A stretch of 64,000 bases of DNA from Nitrospirota bacterium (GCA_963790025.1 CAWBMP010000002.1:576001-640000), one strand, 5' to 3'. Positions 9,398 through 18,970 are shown, numbered from the stretch's first letter. A program made the numbers and translations. The notes: a model not told the origin generated them from the sequence alone.

Positions 9398-10134
9398 CTT
9401 TTTTCCTTTGCTGTTGTTCTTTCTTTGCTGTGAAACATTTGTATCAGTCTGTCCAGGGGATTCTGGATGCTTGACCTGCTGCCCTTGAACTGACTGTCGA
9501 AGTCGACTTTACCCAGAGACTGGAAGTACTCCCTGTAAGTAGCAGTATCTCCTCCAGGCTTATTATTTCCAGTTTTTTTTCGCCAGTTTCCCGATATGAT
9601 CTCGCTGATGGTTGCCCATCGGCCTTCACTATTAACAAATTCCGTGCTCTGCCAGGGATCACAGATGTGCCAGGCGCCGTTAAAATATATGGCGCCAAAG
9701 GGATAGACGCGCGTCCCGTCATGCCTCTTCAGAAGAAGAATAAATGCCTTGCAGCCTGCATAATTGCAAAGAGTGGCAAAAACGTCCGCCATTTGGTCCG
9801 CAATGCCGTATCCCCGGACAATAATATGCCAGACGTGGTCATCTATAACCGGCAGTCCTTCCGGCTGTCTGGCTATGCGCTGAATTGTCCATTGGAAGAT
9901 GACATCCGCTTTTTGTTCGTCGGACATATGTTTGTTGACTATGTTTCGAACAGTCCAGCGATAGTTTAAATCGCGGTCCATGAAGTCGAGCGACTTAAGA
10001 TAGAGCGGTATTTTGATCTCCTTGACATCAGCGTTAATTCCCTGCTTGGTCGTCGATTCGATGGTAAGAAACCCCGACACGGCTATTATGCATACAAGGA
10101 GCAACCCGATTTCCCAGGTCCTTTTCCCTTTCAT
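9394..10134 (-). CDS. Membrane-anchored transglutaminase-like domain protein, catalytic Cys apparently lost
   Basis: N-terminal signal/anchor; KAxxIFxW, RGYGIADQMADVFATLCNYAG, W-x-x-x-DP pattern of the transglutaminase core. Confidence 0.6.
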   Translation of the reverse strand: MKGKRTWEIGLLLVCIIAVSGFLTIESTTKQGINADVKEIKIPLYLKSLDFMDRDLNYRWTVRNIVNKHMSDEQKADVIFQWTIQRIARQPEGLPVIDDHVWHIIVRGYGIADQMADVFATLCNYAGCKAFILLLKRHDGTRVYPFGAIYFNGAWHICDPWQSTEFVNSEGRWATISEIISGNWRKKTGNNKPGGDTATYREYFQSLGKVDFDSQFKGSRSSIQNPLDRLIQMFHSKERTTAKEKS

Positions 10135-10904
10135 GGGTTATCGGTCCTCTTGAGCCACGCCCCGGGCCAGTGTGTAATATTCCTGGTCAGGGCACTTTCG
10201 TTGAACGGCCACAACGGCGTCTCCTCGATAAACTCGGGATGGCCCATGAGGAATTCTTCTGCAGCGGACGCTGGGTTATCCAGGGCCCAGGAAGGGTTTC
10301 CCCGAGGCACGTCCTGCAAATATTTCATGATTCCGTCGGTGGCCACTATGTATGAACCCGGAGTAACAAGCTTGCAATATGCCTCCAGTTCATCCAGGAC
10401 ATGCCGCCTTGTATGATTCGAATCGAGAAGGACCAAAACCGTCTCCCCCGGTCTCACAAGGGATTTGACATGGTTGACAATGCCGGTCTCAGTGGAACTG
10501 CCCTCGACAAGGGTTATAAAAGAAAACAAAGGATGTGCTTCAATGGCCTCGCGGTTATGAGGCCTGATTTCGATATCGATGCCTATTACACGGCCTTTCC
10601 CCAAAATCTTGCAAAGGGAAGCATAGAAAATAAGCGAGCCCCCGTGGGCAACGCCTGTCTCTATTATGACATCCGGCTTTACGCGGTAGATTACCTCCTG
10701 GGTCCGTATCATATCTTCCGGCAGTTGAATCACCGGCCTGCCCATCCAGGAAAAAGTGTATGTATATTTCTGGTTCCATCCGGTCTTCAGCCATTGCTGT
10801 GAAATGAGTTCGAAAGCTTCTTTGGAATAAAGCCCGAACGTCCTTTCGTTTCCCTGGTCTTCAAGTACAAGAATTTGTTTCGATGTGTCAATAATCAATT
10901 TCAT
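10131..10904 (-). CDS. CmcI (cephalosporin hydroxylase) family SAM-dependent sugar O-methyltransferase
   Basis: FSWMGRPVIQLPED, KPDVIIETGVAHGGSL, LDSNH family motifs. Confidence 0.88.
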   Translation of the reverse strand: MKLIIDTSKQILVLEDQGNERTFGLYSKEAFELISQQWLKTGWNQKYTYTFSWMGRPVIQLPEDMIRTQEVIYRVKPDVIIETGVAHGGSLIFYASLCKILGKGRVIGIDIEIRPHNREAIEAHPLFSFITLVEGSSTETGIVNHVKSLVRPGETVLVLLDSNHTRRHVLDELEAYCKLVTPGSYIVATDGIMKYLQDVPRGNPSWALDNPASAAEEFLMGHPEFIEETPLWPFNESALTRNITHWPGAWLKRTDNP

Positions 10905-10918
10905 TTCTATTCCCTATA

Positions 10919-11836
10919 TTATGTATTATTCATGCTTGCCGGCCCGCCGGATTTCCCGATAGTATCGATTATCCCGGTATCGAGTCCGAACCCGGGCGTC
11001 CACAGTACCTCATGCCGCAAGCGCCGGACATCGGCGATCACAACAGGGGGATCATTTTCCCTGCAGGGAAGGGCGCCGAGATTGACAAGTCCCTCGCGGC
11101 CGATATGCCGGGCTATTTTGAAAACCAGGTCCTTTATCATTACAGGTTCCCCGGATGCAATGTTGACGGCCCCCCGGACATCGCTCTCCAAAAGAGCTAC
11201 GAAAGCGGAGGCTGCATCCGCCACATGGAGGAAGTCCCGGATTTGATTGCCATGCGAACACAGCGCAGGGCTGTTTTCAAGCAGCGACCGTATGACAGAG
11301 GCCACAAGTCTTCCGGGATGCTCATAAGGCCCGTAAAGAAAAAACATCCTTCCCCATGCGCTGCTCAAACCGCTCTGAAGCGATAGCGCCTCAAGCATGG
11401 TACTCAGGGCATGTTTGCAAACACCGTATAATGTGGCAGGCGCCAGAGGCGTAACATTCTCAGAGCAGTAGCCGTATTTCCAGTCATATTCGGCGCATGT
11501 GCCTGCGGCCACCACACGGAGACCGCCATTTGCATAAAACTTTTCAAACAGGTCCAGGCTCGCCCTAACCCACCGGAGGTTCTCCATTGCAGTCCAGTAC
11601 TTCCCGGGTTCCGCATACCAGGCAAAGTGCAGGAGATGGGTCGGCCGCACATCCGCAAGGATCCGGCTGACTTGTTTTTCGTCAAGCAGATCAGTCCTGA
11701 GCCATCGGACAGACGGGCTGTCCACTTCCGGTATATGAATATCTGCGGCATATACTTCATAACCCGAACGGACCAGGGGTTCAATGCAGTGCCTGCCGAT
11801 AAATCCCGCTGCCCCCGTCACCAGAACACGTTTCAT
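10919..11836 (-). CDS. NAD(P)-dependent NDP-sugar 4-ketoreductase/epimerase (extended SDR)
   Basis: VTGAAGFIG, GTCAEY, YGVCK. Confidence 0.85.
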   Translation of the reverse strand: MKRVLVTGAAGFIGRHCIEPLVRSGYEVYAADIHIPEVDSPSVRWLRTDLLDEKQVSRILADVRPTHLLHFAWYAEPGKYWTAMENLRWVRASLDLFEKFYANGGLRVVAAGTCAEYDWKYGYCSENVTPLAPATLYGVCKHALSTMLEALSLQSGLSSAWGRMFFLYGPYEHPGRLVASVIRSLLENSPALCSHGNQIRDFLHVADAASAFVALLESDVRGAVNIASGEPVMIKDLVFKIARHIGREGLVNLGALPCRENDPPVVIADVRRLRHEVLWTPGFGLDTGIIDTIGKSGGPASMNNT

Positions 11837-11864
11837 TTGACTTTTTCCACTTCTTCTTTTAAAG

Positions 11865-11940
11865 AAACCACAGAGGTCACAGAGGAACTTATTAATTTAG
11901 AAAAAATTTCAAAACCAAACAATAAAGAGCACAGAGAAAA
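11865..11940. repeat. REP-like CACAGAG element, copy A
   Basis: AAACCACAGAGGTCACAGAG at 11865..11884 plus AGAGCACAGAG at 11926..11936 in an AT-rich intergenic gap. Confidence 0.75.
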
Positions 11941-11963
11941 ATATTTGGGTTTGATTAATAGCA

Positions 11964-12518
11964 TTATTTCACTCCAAAATCAGGGTAATTGCGGTCCTTC
12001 TCTGACATTACAGGGTTCGGCAGGGGCCAGGGTATTTGAAAGGCAGCATCGTTCCATCTGATGCCCCTCGCTGTCTCCGGATGATAGTATTCAGCGATCT
12101 GGTAGAGCAATTCCGTGTTGTCCTCCAATGTCTGATACCCATGAGCGAAGCCTTCAGGGACGTACAGCATCCTGTATCGGTCGGGTGCCTCCGGCGGCCC
12201 GGAGGATCTGAGTTCAAGGGCATACCACCGTTTATAGGCAGGCGAACCGGGCCTCAGGTCGATTACAACGTCGTAAATGGCACCCGTGATACAGCGGACG
12301 ATCTTCGCCTCTTCATGGGGAGGGGCCTGATAGTGCATGCCCCTCAGGGTCCCCTTTTTCCGGTTGAATGAGATGCTGCACTGAACGAGGTCCGGGTTCA
12401 ACCCATGGGCCTCGAACTCCCTCCGGCAATAACTGCGGGCGAAAAACCCGCGCTCATCACACATAGGTTCGATCTCGATGATATATACGCCCGGAAAGGG
12501 TATTTCCTTAAAAATCAT
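11964..12518 (-). CDS. rfbC: NDP-4-keto-6-deoxyhexose 3,5-epimerase (RmlC/RfbC)
   Basis: DERGFFAR, GTLRGMHYQ, DLRPGSP, PEGFAHGY. Start moved to ATG 12518 (MIFKE) because the ORF-track start lies inside the repeat. Confidence 0.93.
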   Translation of the reverse strand: MIFKEIPFPGVYIIEIEPMCDERGFFARSYCRREFEAHGLNPDLVQCSISFNRKKGTLRGMHYQAPPHEEAKIVRCITGAIYDVVIDLRPGSPAYKRWYALELRSSGPPEAPDRYRMLYVPEGFAHGYQTLEDNTELLYQIAEYYHPETARGIRWNDAAFQIPWPLPNPVMSEKDRNYPDFGVK

Positions 12519-12541
12519 TTTCGCTACCAAAATATACCGGC

Positions 12542-12701
12542 AAACCACAGAGGTCACAGAGAAATTTGTTCATTTCAAAAAAAAACCTCAAAATACTCCT
12601 TATACTTCTTAGACTCTGTGCTCTCCCATATAAATAAAATATTATTCCGCATTTTAATTTCTTGAGTTCACAGAGAAAACCTCTGTGCGGCCTCTTTGGT
12701 T
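12542..12701. repeat. REP-like CACAGAG inverted-repeat element, copy B
   Basis: Left arm AAACCACAGAGGTCACAGAG 12542..12561, imperfect right arm CTCTGTGCGGCCTCTTTGGTT 12681..12701, internal CTCTGTGCTCT 12614..12624 and CACAGAG 12669..12675. Confidence 0.8.
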
Positions 12702-13962
12702 AAAAGGTGTTGATGTCCGGAATAGGGACGACAAATTTAGCTCCCCAGTCCCGGATGTGTCTCATCTGTTCCATAATTTCATTCTTCAGATTCCATGGCA
12801 GGATAAACAGATAATCAGGCTTCGTCTCCGCTATCTTATCAGGATGGTAAATCGGGATGTGGGTACCCGGCAAAAAGAGTCCCTGTTTTCCGGGGTTCCT
12901 GTCTACCGTGTATTCAATAAAATCGGTGCGGATGCCGCAGTAATTCAGGAGGGTATTGCCTTTTGCAGGGGCGCCATAGCCTACGATTTTTTTTCCTCCG
13001 GTCTTGGTCCTGATCAAAAATTCAAGAATGTTCCGTTTAATGCCCCTGACTTTTTCGCCAAAGGCGGAATATGAGTCCATGTTGTCGAGGCCGAAGCCTT
13101 TTTCCCGTGTCTTAAGGTTTCCAATATTTGACGCAACCGGATATAGAGGATTGCCCGAATAACATGCGTAGATCCTGAGAGAACCCCCATGCGTGGGCAA
13201 CTCTTCAACATCAAATAATGTCAGCCCATGGGCTGCAAAGATCCTGTCCGCAGTAATAAGAGAGAAGTAAGAAAAATGTTCATGATAAATAGTATCGAAC
13301 TGATTTTCCGCAATGAGACGCATCAGGTGCGGAAACTCCATTGTAATCACCCCATCCAGCTTGAGCAGGGTCTTCAGGCCTGATACGAAATCATTAAGGT
13401 CAGGCACATGGGCCAGGACGTTGTTCCCTATAATCAAATCCGCTGGTTTGCCTTCAGCTCTCAGGCTCTCCGCCAGCTTTTTCCCGAAGAAGTCTACCAT
13501 GGTGGGGATACCTTTTACAGCCGCCGCTTTTGCAACATTGGCAGCGGGTTCGATGCCCAGCACCGGGATGTTCCGCGATACAAAGTTCTTCAGAAGATAA
13601 CCATCGTTACTGGCGATTTCTATAACCAGGCTATTAACCCCGAGATGGAGCCGATTTATGATCATCTCTGCATAATCTTTGCAATGTGAGAGCCATGTGT
13701 CGGAGAAAGATGAGAAGTAGGCATAATCTCCGAATATGTTTTCCGGCGACTCAAATTGGGGTAGTTGCACCAGGAAACAGGCCGGACACACGCGAACATG
13801 AAGGGGATAAAATGGCTCCATGACGTCAAGCTGTTCTTTCTTCAGATATGCATTGGAAAGAGGGGACATACCCAGGTCTGCAAACGTGTACGTAAGCGAT
13901 GTTCCGCAAAACCGACAGGAAGGATTAGCCTGCATCCCATCCATAATCATCAACCGATCCAC
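12700..13962 (-). CDS. NDP-hexose 3-C-methyltransferase (TylCIII/NovU/TcaB9-like)
   Basis: Zn-binding CRFC...CPAC, EIASNDG, NNVLAHVPD, FDTIYHEHFSYF, GYGAPAKGNTLLNY. Confidence 0.92.
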   Translation of the reverse strand: MDRLMIMDGMQANPSCRFCGTSLTYTFADLGMSPLSNAYLKKEQLDVMEPFYPLHVRVCPACFLVQLPQFESPENIFGDYAYFSSFSDTWLSHCKDYAEMIINRLHLGVNSLVIEIASNDGYLLKNFVSRNIPVLGIEPAANVAKAAAVKGIPTMVDFFGKKLAESLRAEGKPADLIIGNNVLAHVPDLNDFVSGLKTLLKLDGVITMEFPHLMRLIAENQFDTIYHEHFSYFSLITADRIFAAHGLTLFDVEELPTHGGSLRIYACYSGNPLYPVASNIGNLKTREKGFGLDNMDSYSAFGEKVRGIKRNILEFLIRTKTGGKKIVGYGAPAKGNTLLNYCGIRTDFIEYTVDRNPGKQGLFLPGTHIPIYHPDKIAETKPDYLFILPWNLKNEIMEQMRHIRDWGAKFVVPIPDINTF

Positions 13963-15044
13963 TCCACGTCTTTCGATTTTGCGTCTTCGATATATTCATT
14001 CAGGTTTTCAGAAGTGGTTATTCTGCCGTTTTCATAAAATTCCTTATACCACATAACCGTCTGCTGGATGGTCTTCTTTAGGTGCCATACAGGTTTCCAG
14101 CCGAGCCTTGTATGCGCCTTTGAGCAGTCGAGTCTCAATAAACCGGCTTCGTGAGGGTCGCCGGCATATCTCTTTATATCGTACTTTATATTGTTCCACT
14201 CCATGCCCATCTGACTGACCACTTCTTCTACATTTACACTGCTTTCGTCTGCAGGCCCGAAATTCCATGCCTCTGCAAATTCCTTATTCTCTTCCAGAAG
14301 TTTTTGACCGAGCATCAAATAGCCTGATAACGGCTCAAGCACATGCTGCCACGGACGGGTGGAATCCGGATTTCTTATAAGGGCGATTTTGTTTTTGCTT
14401 GCCGCCCTCATCACGTCAGGTATTATCCTGTCTTCCGCCCAGTCGCCTCCGCCTATAACGTTACCGGCCCTTGCACTTCCAAGGTGAATTGTATGGTCAG
14501 ACGCGGAGAAAGAGTGCGGATCACTGAAAAATGAATTCCTGTATGAACTGCCCACGATTTCCGAACAGCATTTCGAAGCGCTGTACGGGTCAAAACCGCC
14601 AAGGTGATCGTTTTCCCGATAACCCCAGAACCACTCCTTGTTTTCATAGCATTTATCGCTGGTGACATTCACTATGGCCTTTACTGATTCACAGTATCTG
14701 CAGCTTTCGAGAACATTTATTGTTCCCATGATATTCACTTCGAATGTTTCGATAGGATTCTTATATGAATATCTGACGAGAGGCTGGGCCGCTAGATGAA
14801 ATACTATTTCGGGTTTATGACATTGAATGATCTCCCGAAGCACTTTTGAATCCCGTGTATCACCGATTATCGATGTCAAATTCAGGTTCAAAAGCTTGAA
14901 GTGGCTCGGCTCCGTCCGCGGTTCCAGAGAATATCCGACAACCCTGGCGCCCAGTTTCTGCAGCCACAAAGAAAGCCACGAACCCTTAAAACCGGTGTGA
15001 CCCGTTATAAGAACGACCCTGTCTTTGTAAATATTACCAAACAT
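13950..15044 (-). CDS. rfbG: CDP-glucose 4,6-dehydratase
   Basis: ITGHTGFKGSWL, HLAAQPLVR, TSDKCYEN, DPYSASK, RAGNVIGGGDWA, RPWQHVLEPL. Confidence 0.95.
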   Translation of the reverse strand: MFGNIYKDRVVLITGHTGFKGSWLSLWLQKLGARVVGYSLEPRTEPSHFKLLNLNLTSIIGDTRDSKVLREIIQCHKPEIVFHLAAQPLVRYSYKNPIETFEVNIMGTINVLESCRYCESVKAIVNVTSDKCYENKEWFWGYRENDHLGGFDPYSASKCCSEIVGSSYRNSFFSDPHSFSASDHTIHLGSARAGNVIGGGDWAEDRIIPDVMRAASKNKIALIRNPDSTRPWQHVLEPLSGYLMLGQKLLEENKEFAEAWNFGPADESSVNVEEVVSQMGMEWNNIKYDIKRYAGDPHEAGLLRLDCSKAHTRLGWKPVWHLKKTIQQTVMWYKEFYENGRITTSENLNEYIEDAKSKDVEWIG

Positions 15045-16053
15045 TTTTCCCCCTGCGTCCAATTTCTCTGATTTTGCAAAAAAAAGAACTCACTGCATGT
15101 ATAATGAGGTCCGCCGCGCCTTTTATATATCCTATCAACTTGCCCGCATCTATAACAACACCTACCAGGGGCAAGGTCAATATACTCAATGGTTCCTCGC
15201 GGATCAAGCCGGAATTCCCGGACTTACAAGCCGGAATTACATAGCCCCTGACTATTATATAAACTCCCAGGAACAGTATTGCTTTGGTGCTATAAAGAAG
15301 AAAGAGTACCGCCAGCAGAAGGACAAGCAGCATGTAATAATAAGGATAATAGTACTTGTAGAGGCCTACCGTCGGTATTGAGTAACTCACGTTTTTCAGA
15401 AATATCTTTTTCAGGGAATCGCCGTAATTCGTCCCATGATAATTTATAACGACATGTCGATTCACGCCTCTGGTAATGTCCTTCGAGGCGAGCCGGTTGA
15501 TCCAATCGACATCGTACCCCGCCCGCTTTTCTTCCAGAAATAGTCCGGCCCTGTCAAAAACGGATGTTTTTACCAGCGAGGAAGGCACCGTTGGCCGAAG
15601 CTGCCGGTAGCCGTATGTCTGGGCGATCGCGGATTTATCCAGAAGCGATTTCCCCTCGAAAAAGCAGACACCCGATACAATATCAAGGCCGGAGGAGCTT
15701 AGAAACTCCATCTGCTTTTCAAGCCAATCCCTGTCAAATGCCAGTCCGCAGTCCATGAAGGCCAGGATGCCGTACCGCGCATTTCTTATCCCGACGTTCT
15801 TTGAAGAGCTCGGCTGCGTGGTCCCTTCCCGAATATTACGAAATATTGTCGCATAACTGCTGCTGTTCGTCCGTATCCAGTTCTCGACTATATCGAAGCT
15901 GTTATCTGTCGATCCCGAGTCCACCAACAGTACCTCGCGGGGCGGAACTGTCTGCTGCGCCGCAAGGTCCAGTACTCTAACTAGATTTTTCGCCTCATTA
16001 TAGTAAGAAAAAATCACCGATATTTCTTCTTTGTTTACTTGCCGTATTTCCAT
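15034..16053 (-). CDS. GT2 family glycosyltransferase with C-terminal membrane segments
   Basis: YNE, LVDSGSTD, KNVGI, FMDCG; hydrophobic C-terminus. Confidence 0.82.
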   Translation of the reverse strand: MEIRQVNKEEISVIFSYYNEAKNLVRVLDLAAQQTVPPREVLLVDSGSTDNSFDIVENWIRTNSSSYATIFRNIREGTTQPSSSKNVGIRNARYGILAFMDCGLAFDRDWLEKQMEFLSSSGLDIVSGVCFFEGKSLLDKSAIAQTYGYRQLRPTVPSSLVKTSVFDRAGLFLEEKRAGYDVDWINRLASKDITRGVNRHVVINYHGTNYGDSLKKIFLKNVSYSIPTVGLYKYYYPYYYMLLVLLLAVLFLLYSTKAILFLGVYIIVRGYVIPACKSGNSGLIREEPLSILTLPLVGVVIDAGKLIGYIKGAADLIIHAVSSFFCKIREIGRRGKNVW

Positions 16054-17057
16054 GAAAGATATCTTTCAAACCATTGAATGGTTTTTTGTATGCCGGTGTC
16101 GAAACCGACGGCGGGATTCCAGCCAAAGTATTTATCCAGTTTATCGTAGCTCATATACTGATGATCGATCTCTCCGACGGTTTTTCTGTCAGCCCACAAT
16201 TTCTCGACTTCAGAATATGCCTCGTTCTTGCCGAGCACCTCGTATATTTTCCTGACTATGTCCTTCACCATTTTGGGCTGATTTGTTCCCGCGTTGAATA
16301 TCTCTCCCCGAAGATTTCCGTCTGCGGCAAGTCTCTCGGCAAAGAGCAGATAAAGATCGACAACGTCGTCAATAAAAATATAATCGCGGAGGTGAAGGCC
16401 GTTGCCGCGGGGAATAAATTTCCCATACCCGAGCGCCGACCTTATCGCATCGGGCATGAGCGCGGAAAAGTTCAGTTGACCCGGTCCGAAGATATTGCAA
16501 AACCGAGTAATAATTACGGGCAGCCTGAAGAGGTCCCCAGCATACGACCGCGCTATCATATCCGCGCATGCCTTGGAGACGTCGTAGGGATATACTGGAA
16601 TGAGGGGATAATCTTCCACGTAGGGCAGTTTGTCCTTATCATAACTGCCATATGCCTTATCGGAAGAAGCTATGATCACAGCCTGTACTTTCTCCCTGTT
16701 TTCACGCACCGCCTCAAGAAGCGCATAAGTGCCTTTTATATTGGTTTCCCATGTCAGATACGGACATTCCCTCGCTACGCCCACCTCGACCTGGGCAGCA
16801 AGATGGAAGCAATAATTGATCTGCTCCTCGACGATAATGCGCCGCATGAGGTCCTTATCAGTTATATCTCCCTGGACAATATTCACTCTGTCCGAGACGC
16901 CCTCGTAAAAAAGCAGCGTGTCCTTTTTTACATTCCTGATAATGCCTGTAACATTCGCCTCCTTTTGAAGGCATGCCTTAGCGAGATTCCCGCCTATAAA
17001 ACCGTTTATGCCGGTGATCAGCACATTCTTCCCTGTCCAGCTGTCAGTCACTTGCAA
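16035..17057 (-). CDS. NDP-sugar 4,6-dehydratase-like SDR (RfbG-related)
   Basis: ITGINGFIG, HLAAQ, ASSDKAYG, PYDVSK. Confidence 0.85.
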   Translation of the reverse strand: MQVTDSWTGKNVLITGINGFIGGNLAKACLQKEANVTGIIRNVKKDTLLFYEGVSDRVNIVQGDITDKDLMRRIIVEEQINYCFHLAAQVEVGVARECPYLTWETNIKGTYALLEAVRENREKVQAVIIASSDKAYGSYDKDKLPYVEDYPLIPVYPYDVSKACADMIARSYAGDLFRLPVIITRFCNIFGPGQLNFSALMPDAIRSALGYGKFIPRGNGLHLRDYIFIDDVVDLYLLFAERLAADGNLRGEIFNAGTNQPKMVKDIVRKIYEVLGKNEAYSEVEKLWADRKTVGEIDHQYMSYDKLDKYFGWNPAVGFDTGIQKTIQWFERYLSWKYGK

Positions 17058-17060
17058 GCG

Positions 17061-17771
17061 CTACCTCCTCAATATTTCGTAGAATTTGGTTATGTTCTTC
17101 TGCGCTTCGTGCAATTCCGTGATAGTATTGACGGTTATATGCAATCCAGTGTGTTTAAAGCTGAACATTTCGTTTTGATCGATCATGTGCTTGAGAAAAC
17201 CGACAAAGTTCTTGCACTTTGCAATGTCCTCTCTGCTCTCGCCGCTCAAATAAAAATAGCCTATGTTTATCCATTTGTCCATCACAGGCTTTTCCTCGAA
17301 CGAGACCACCTTTCCCGATTTATCGCTTTCCAGTATTCCGAACTGGCTTTGCAGCGGATAGGTGGTAATGCTCATTTTACCCTGGTGCCGCCTGTGGAAG
17401 GAGATCAGTTTTCCGATATCGACATCTGCGAGAGTGTCTCCGTAGCACATAATAAAGTCCCCGGGAATGTACTGGACAGCGTCCTGAACGCGCTTCAGGA
17501 TATCGGCATCACCCGAATCGACAATCCGGATATCAAGGTTTTGGTGGTTCTCCTTGCAATAGCGGACGATCTCCCCGGCCTTATACCCCACTGCAACAAC
17601 AAATTTCTTGAAGCCGTGAGACTCGAAATACGAGATCAGATAATTCAGTATGGGCCTTCCATTGATAAGTATCAAAGGCTTCGGAACACTGTTGGTTAGG
17701 GGCTGAAGCCGTTCACCTTTCCCCCCGCAAAGAATAAGCACTTGTATATTCTGAATGTCTTTCTTAGTCAT
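17061..17771 (-). CDS. Sugar-1-phosphate nucleotidyltransferase (RfbF-related)
   Basis: ILCGGKGERL, PKPL, YGDTLAD, FEEKP, WINIG. Confidence 0.85.
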   Translation of the reverse strand: MTKKDIQNIQVLILCGGKGERLQPLTNSVPKPLILINGRPILNYLISYFESHGFKKFVVAVGYKAGEIVRYCKENHQNLDIRIVDSGDADILKRVQDAVQYIPGDFIMCYGDTLADVDIGKLISFHRRHQGKMSITTYPLQSQFGILESDKSGKVVSFEEKPVMDKWINIGYFYLSGESREDIAKCKNFVGFLKHMIDQNEMFSFKHTGLHITVNTITELHEAQKNITKFYEILRR

Positions 17772-18529
17772 TATGGATTCTCAGAGACCAATTTTTGACG
17801 CCATTGATACCAGTCATAAGCCCCTGCCAGCTTGAGATGGAATAACGAAAGAACATCCGATGCCAAAACCTCGGTCCTGTATAGCATCAGGGGATCATGG
17901 TCCGTACCATTGCACCCGAAATAACTGCTTGCGCCTATTTCGTAGCCCACTTTTCGCACAGCCTCCCTCACGCGCCTGTCCACGGAACCATGAGGATATG
18001 AAATAAAGGTCACCGGCTTACCAATTACATCCTCAAGGTAGCTGCGGCTCTCATATAGCTCTTTTCTTAATGTCGCATCATCGCATTCCGCAAGAGGGGT
18101 ATGGCTCATTCCATGAGAGCCTATCGTTACTCCTTCGAGGGAAGCCAGTTCTTTCAGGTCTTCACTGGATAAATATATCTTCGAGCCGTTCTGTATGTAT
18201 GATGCGGTGACAAATACCGTAAAAGGCATATTCCTCTTCCGCAATTCCTCTGCCGCTACATAAAGGTTATCGACGTAGCCGTCATCGAAAGTAATGACCA
18301 CATCGTTGTCCCTCACGGTCCGGCCAAGGGGAACAACCTCGCAATTTCCCGTTACAAAATCCAACTGGCTCCGGAACAATTCAGGTGATATGCTTATGCC
18401 GTAAGTATCATGGGGTATGACCGATCCTACCGAGTGATAAAGCAATATTCTCTGCCCCTTCTTGCGAAAAAACTGCCTGTAAAAGTAATAATATGCCATT
18501 GAGAACCCATCCATGAGTAATCGTTTCAA
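17771..18529 (-). CDS. Polysaccharide deacetylase (CE4/NodB-like)
   Basis: LLYHSV, ITFDDGY, IGSHGMSH, SYPHG. Confidence 0.9.
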   Translation of the reverse strand: MKRLLMDGFSMAYYYFYRQFFRKKGQRILLYHSVGSVIPHDTYGISISPELFRSQLDFVTGNCEVVPLGRTVRDNDVVITFDDGYVDNLYVAAEELRKRNMPFTVFVTASYIQNGSKIYLSSEDLKELASLEGVTIGSHGMSHTPLAECDDATLRKELYESRSYLEDVIGKPVTFISYPHGSVDRRVREAVRKVGYEIGASSYFGCNGTDHDPLMLYRTEVLASDVLSLFHLKLAGAYDWYQWRQKLVSENP

Positions 18530-18553
18530 TATACGCTCCCGCCGCTCACGCCC

Positions 18554-18970
18554 CTACTCATTCAGGCCGACCTTTATCTTTGCCCTTGAAATCTTTGCCC
18601 CGGAATGGTTAGTGATGCTCGCCTTGATTTCCACTTGCTTATAGGCCTCGTTGATGTATGAAACCTCGCCGAAGATGGAAAGCCTGTCTCCTATGAATAC
18701 CGGATTCACAAAAGATACATCGATACCATGAAGCAAGCAGTATTTGCCGGGCAGGTAAACTCCAACCAGGGTCGAATAGAATGAGGCTGTCAACATGCCG
18801 TAGACAACCCTGTCCCTGAACCCCTTCCCACAGGCAAAGTCCTTATCAGTGTGAAGCGGGTTATTATCGGATGTCAGTTGCAGGAACATGTCCATCATTT
18901 CCTGTGTCACGGTCACTTCCAGCGAATGGGACAGCCCCATCCTGATATCCTCAAAACGATAACAATTCAC
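18554..18970 (-). CDS. MaoC-family (hotdog) dehydratase
   Basis: DNNPLHTD, RVVYGML, FVNPVFIGD. Start moved to GTG 18970. Confidence 0.88.
   Translation of the reverse strand: MNCYRFEDIRMGLSHSLEVTVTQEMMDMFLQLTSDNNPLHTDKDFACGKGFRDRVVYGMLTASFYSTLVGVYLPGKYCLLHGIDVSFVNPVFIGDRLSIFGEVSYINEAYKQVEIKASITNHSGAKISRAKIKVGLNE

Noticed and set aside
10131..10904. Beta-lactam biosynthesis implied by the cephalosporin hydroxylase family name
   Set aside because: The family has a methyltransferase fold and includes sugar O-methyltransferases; no beta-lactam genes are present.
11865..12701. CACAGAG repeats as a CRISPR array
   Set aside because: Mixed orientations, irregular spacing, a whole gene between copies and no cas genes.
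16074..17699. 541-aa plus-strand ORF (also 27575..28492, 29484..30383 and many shorter ones)
   Set aside because: Antisense shadows of well-supported minus-strand genes with no recognisable motifs. The longest spans two genes that share a frame.
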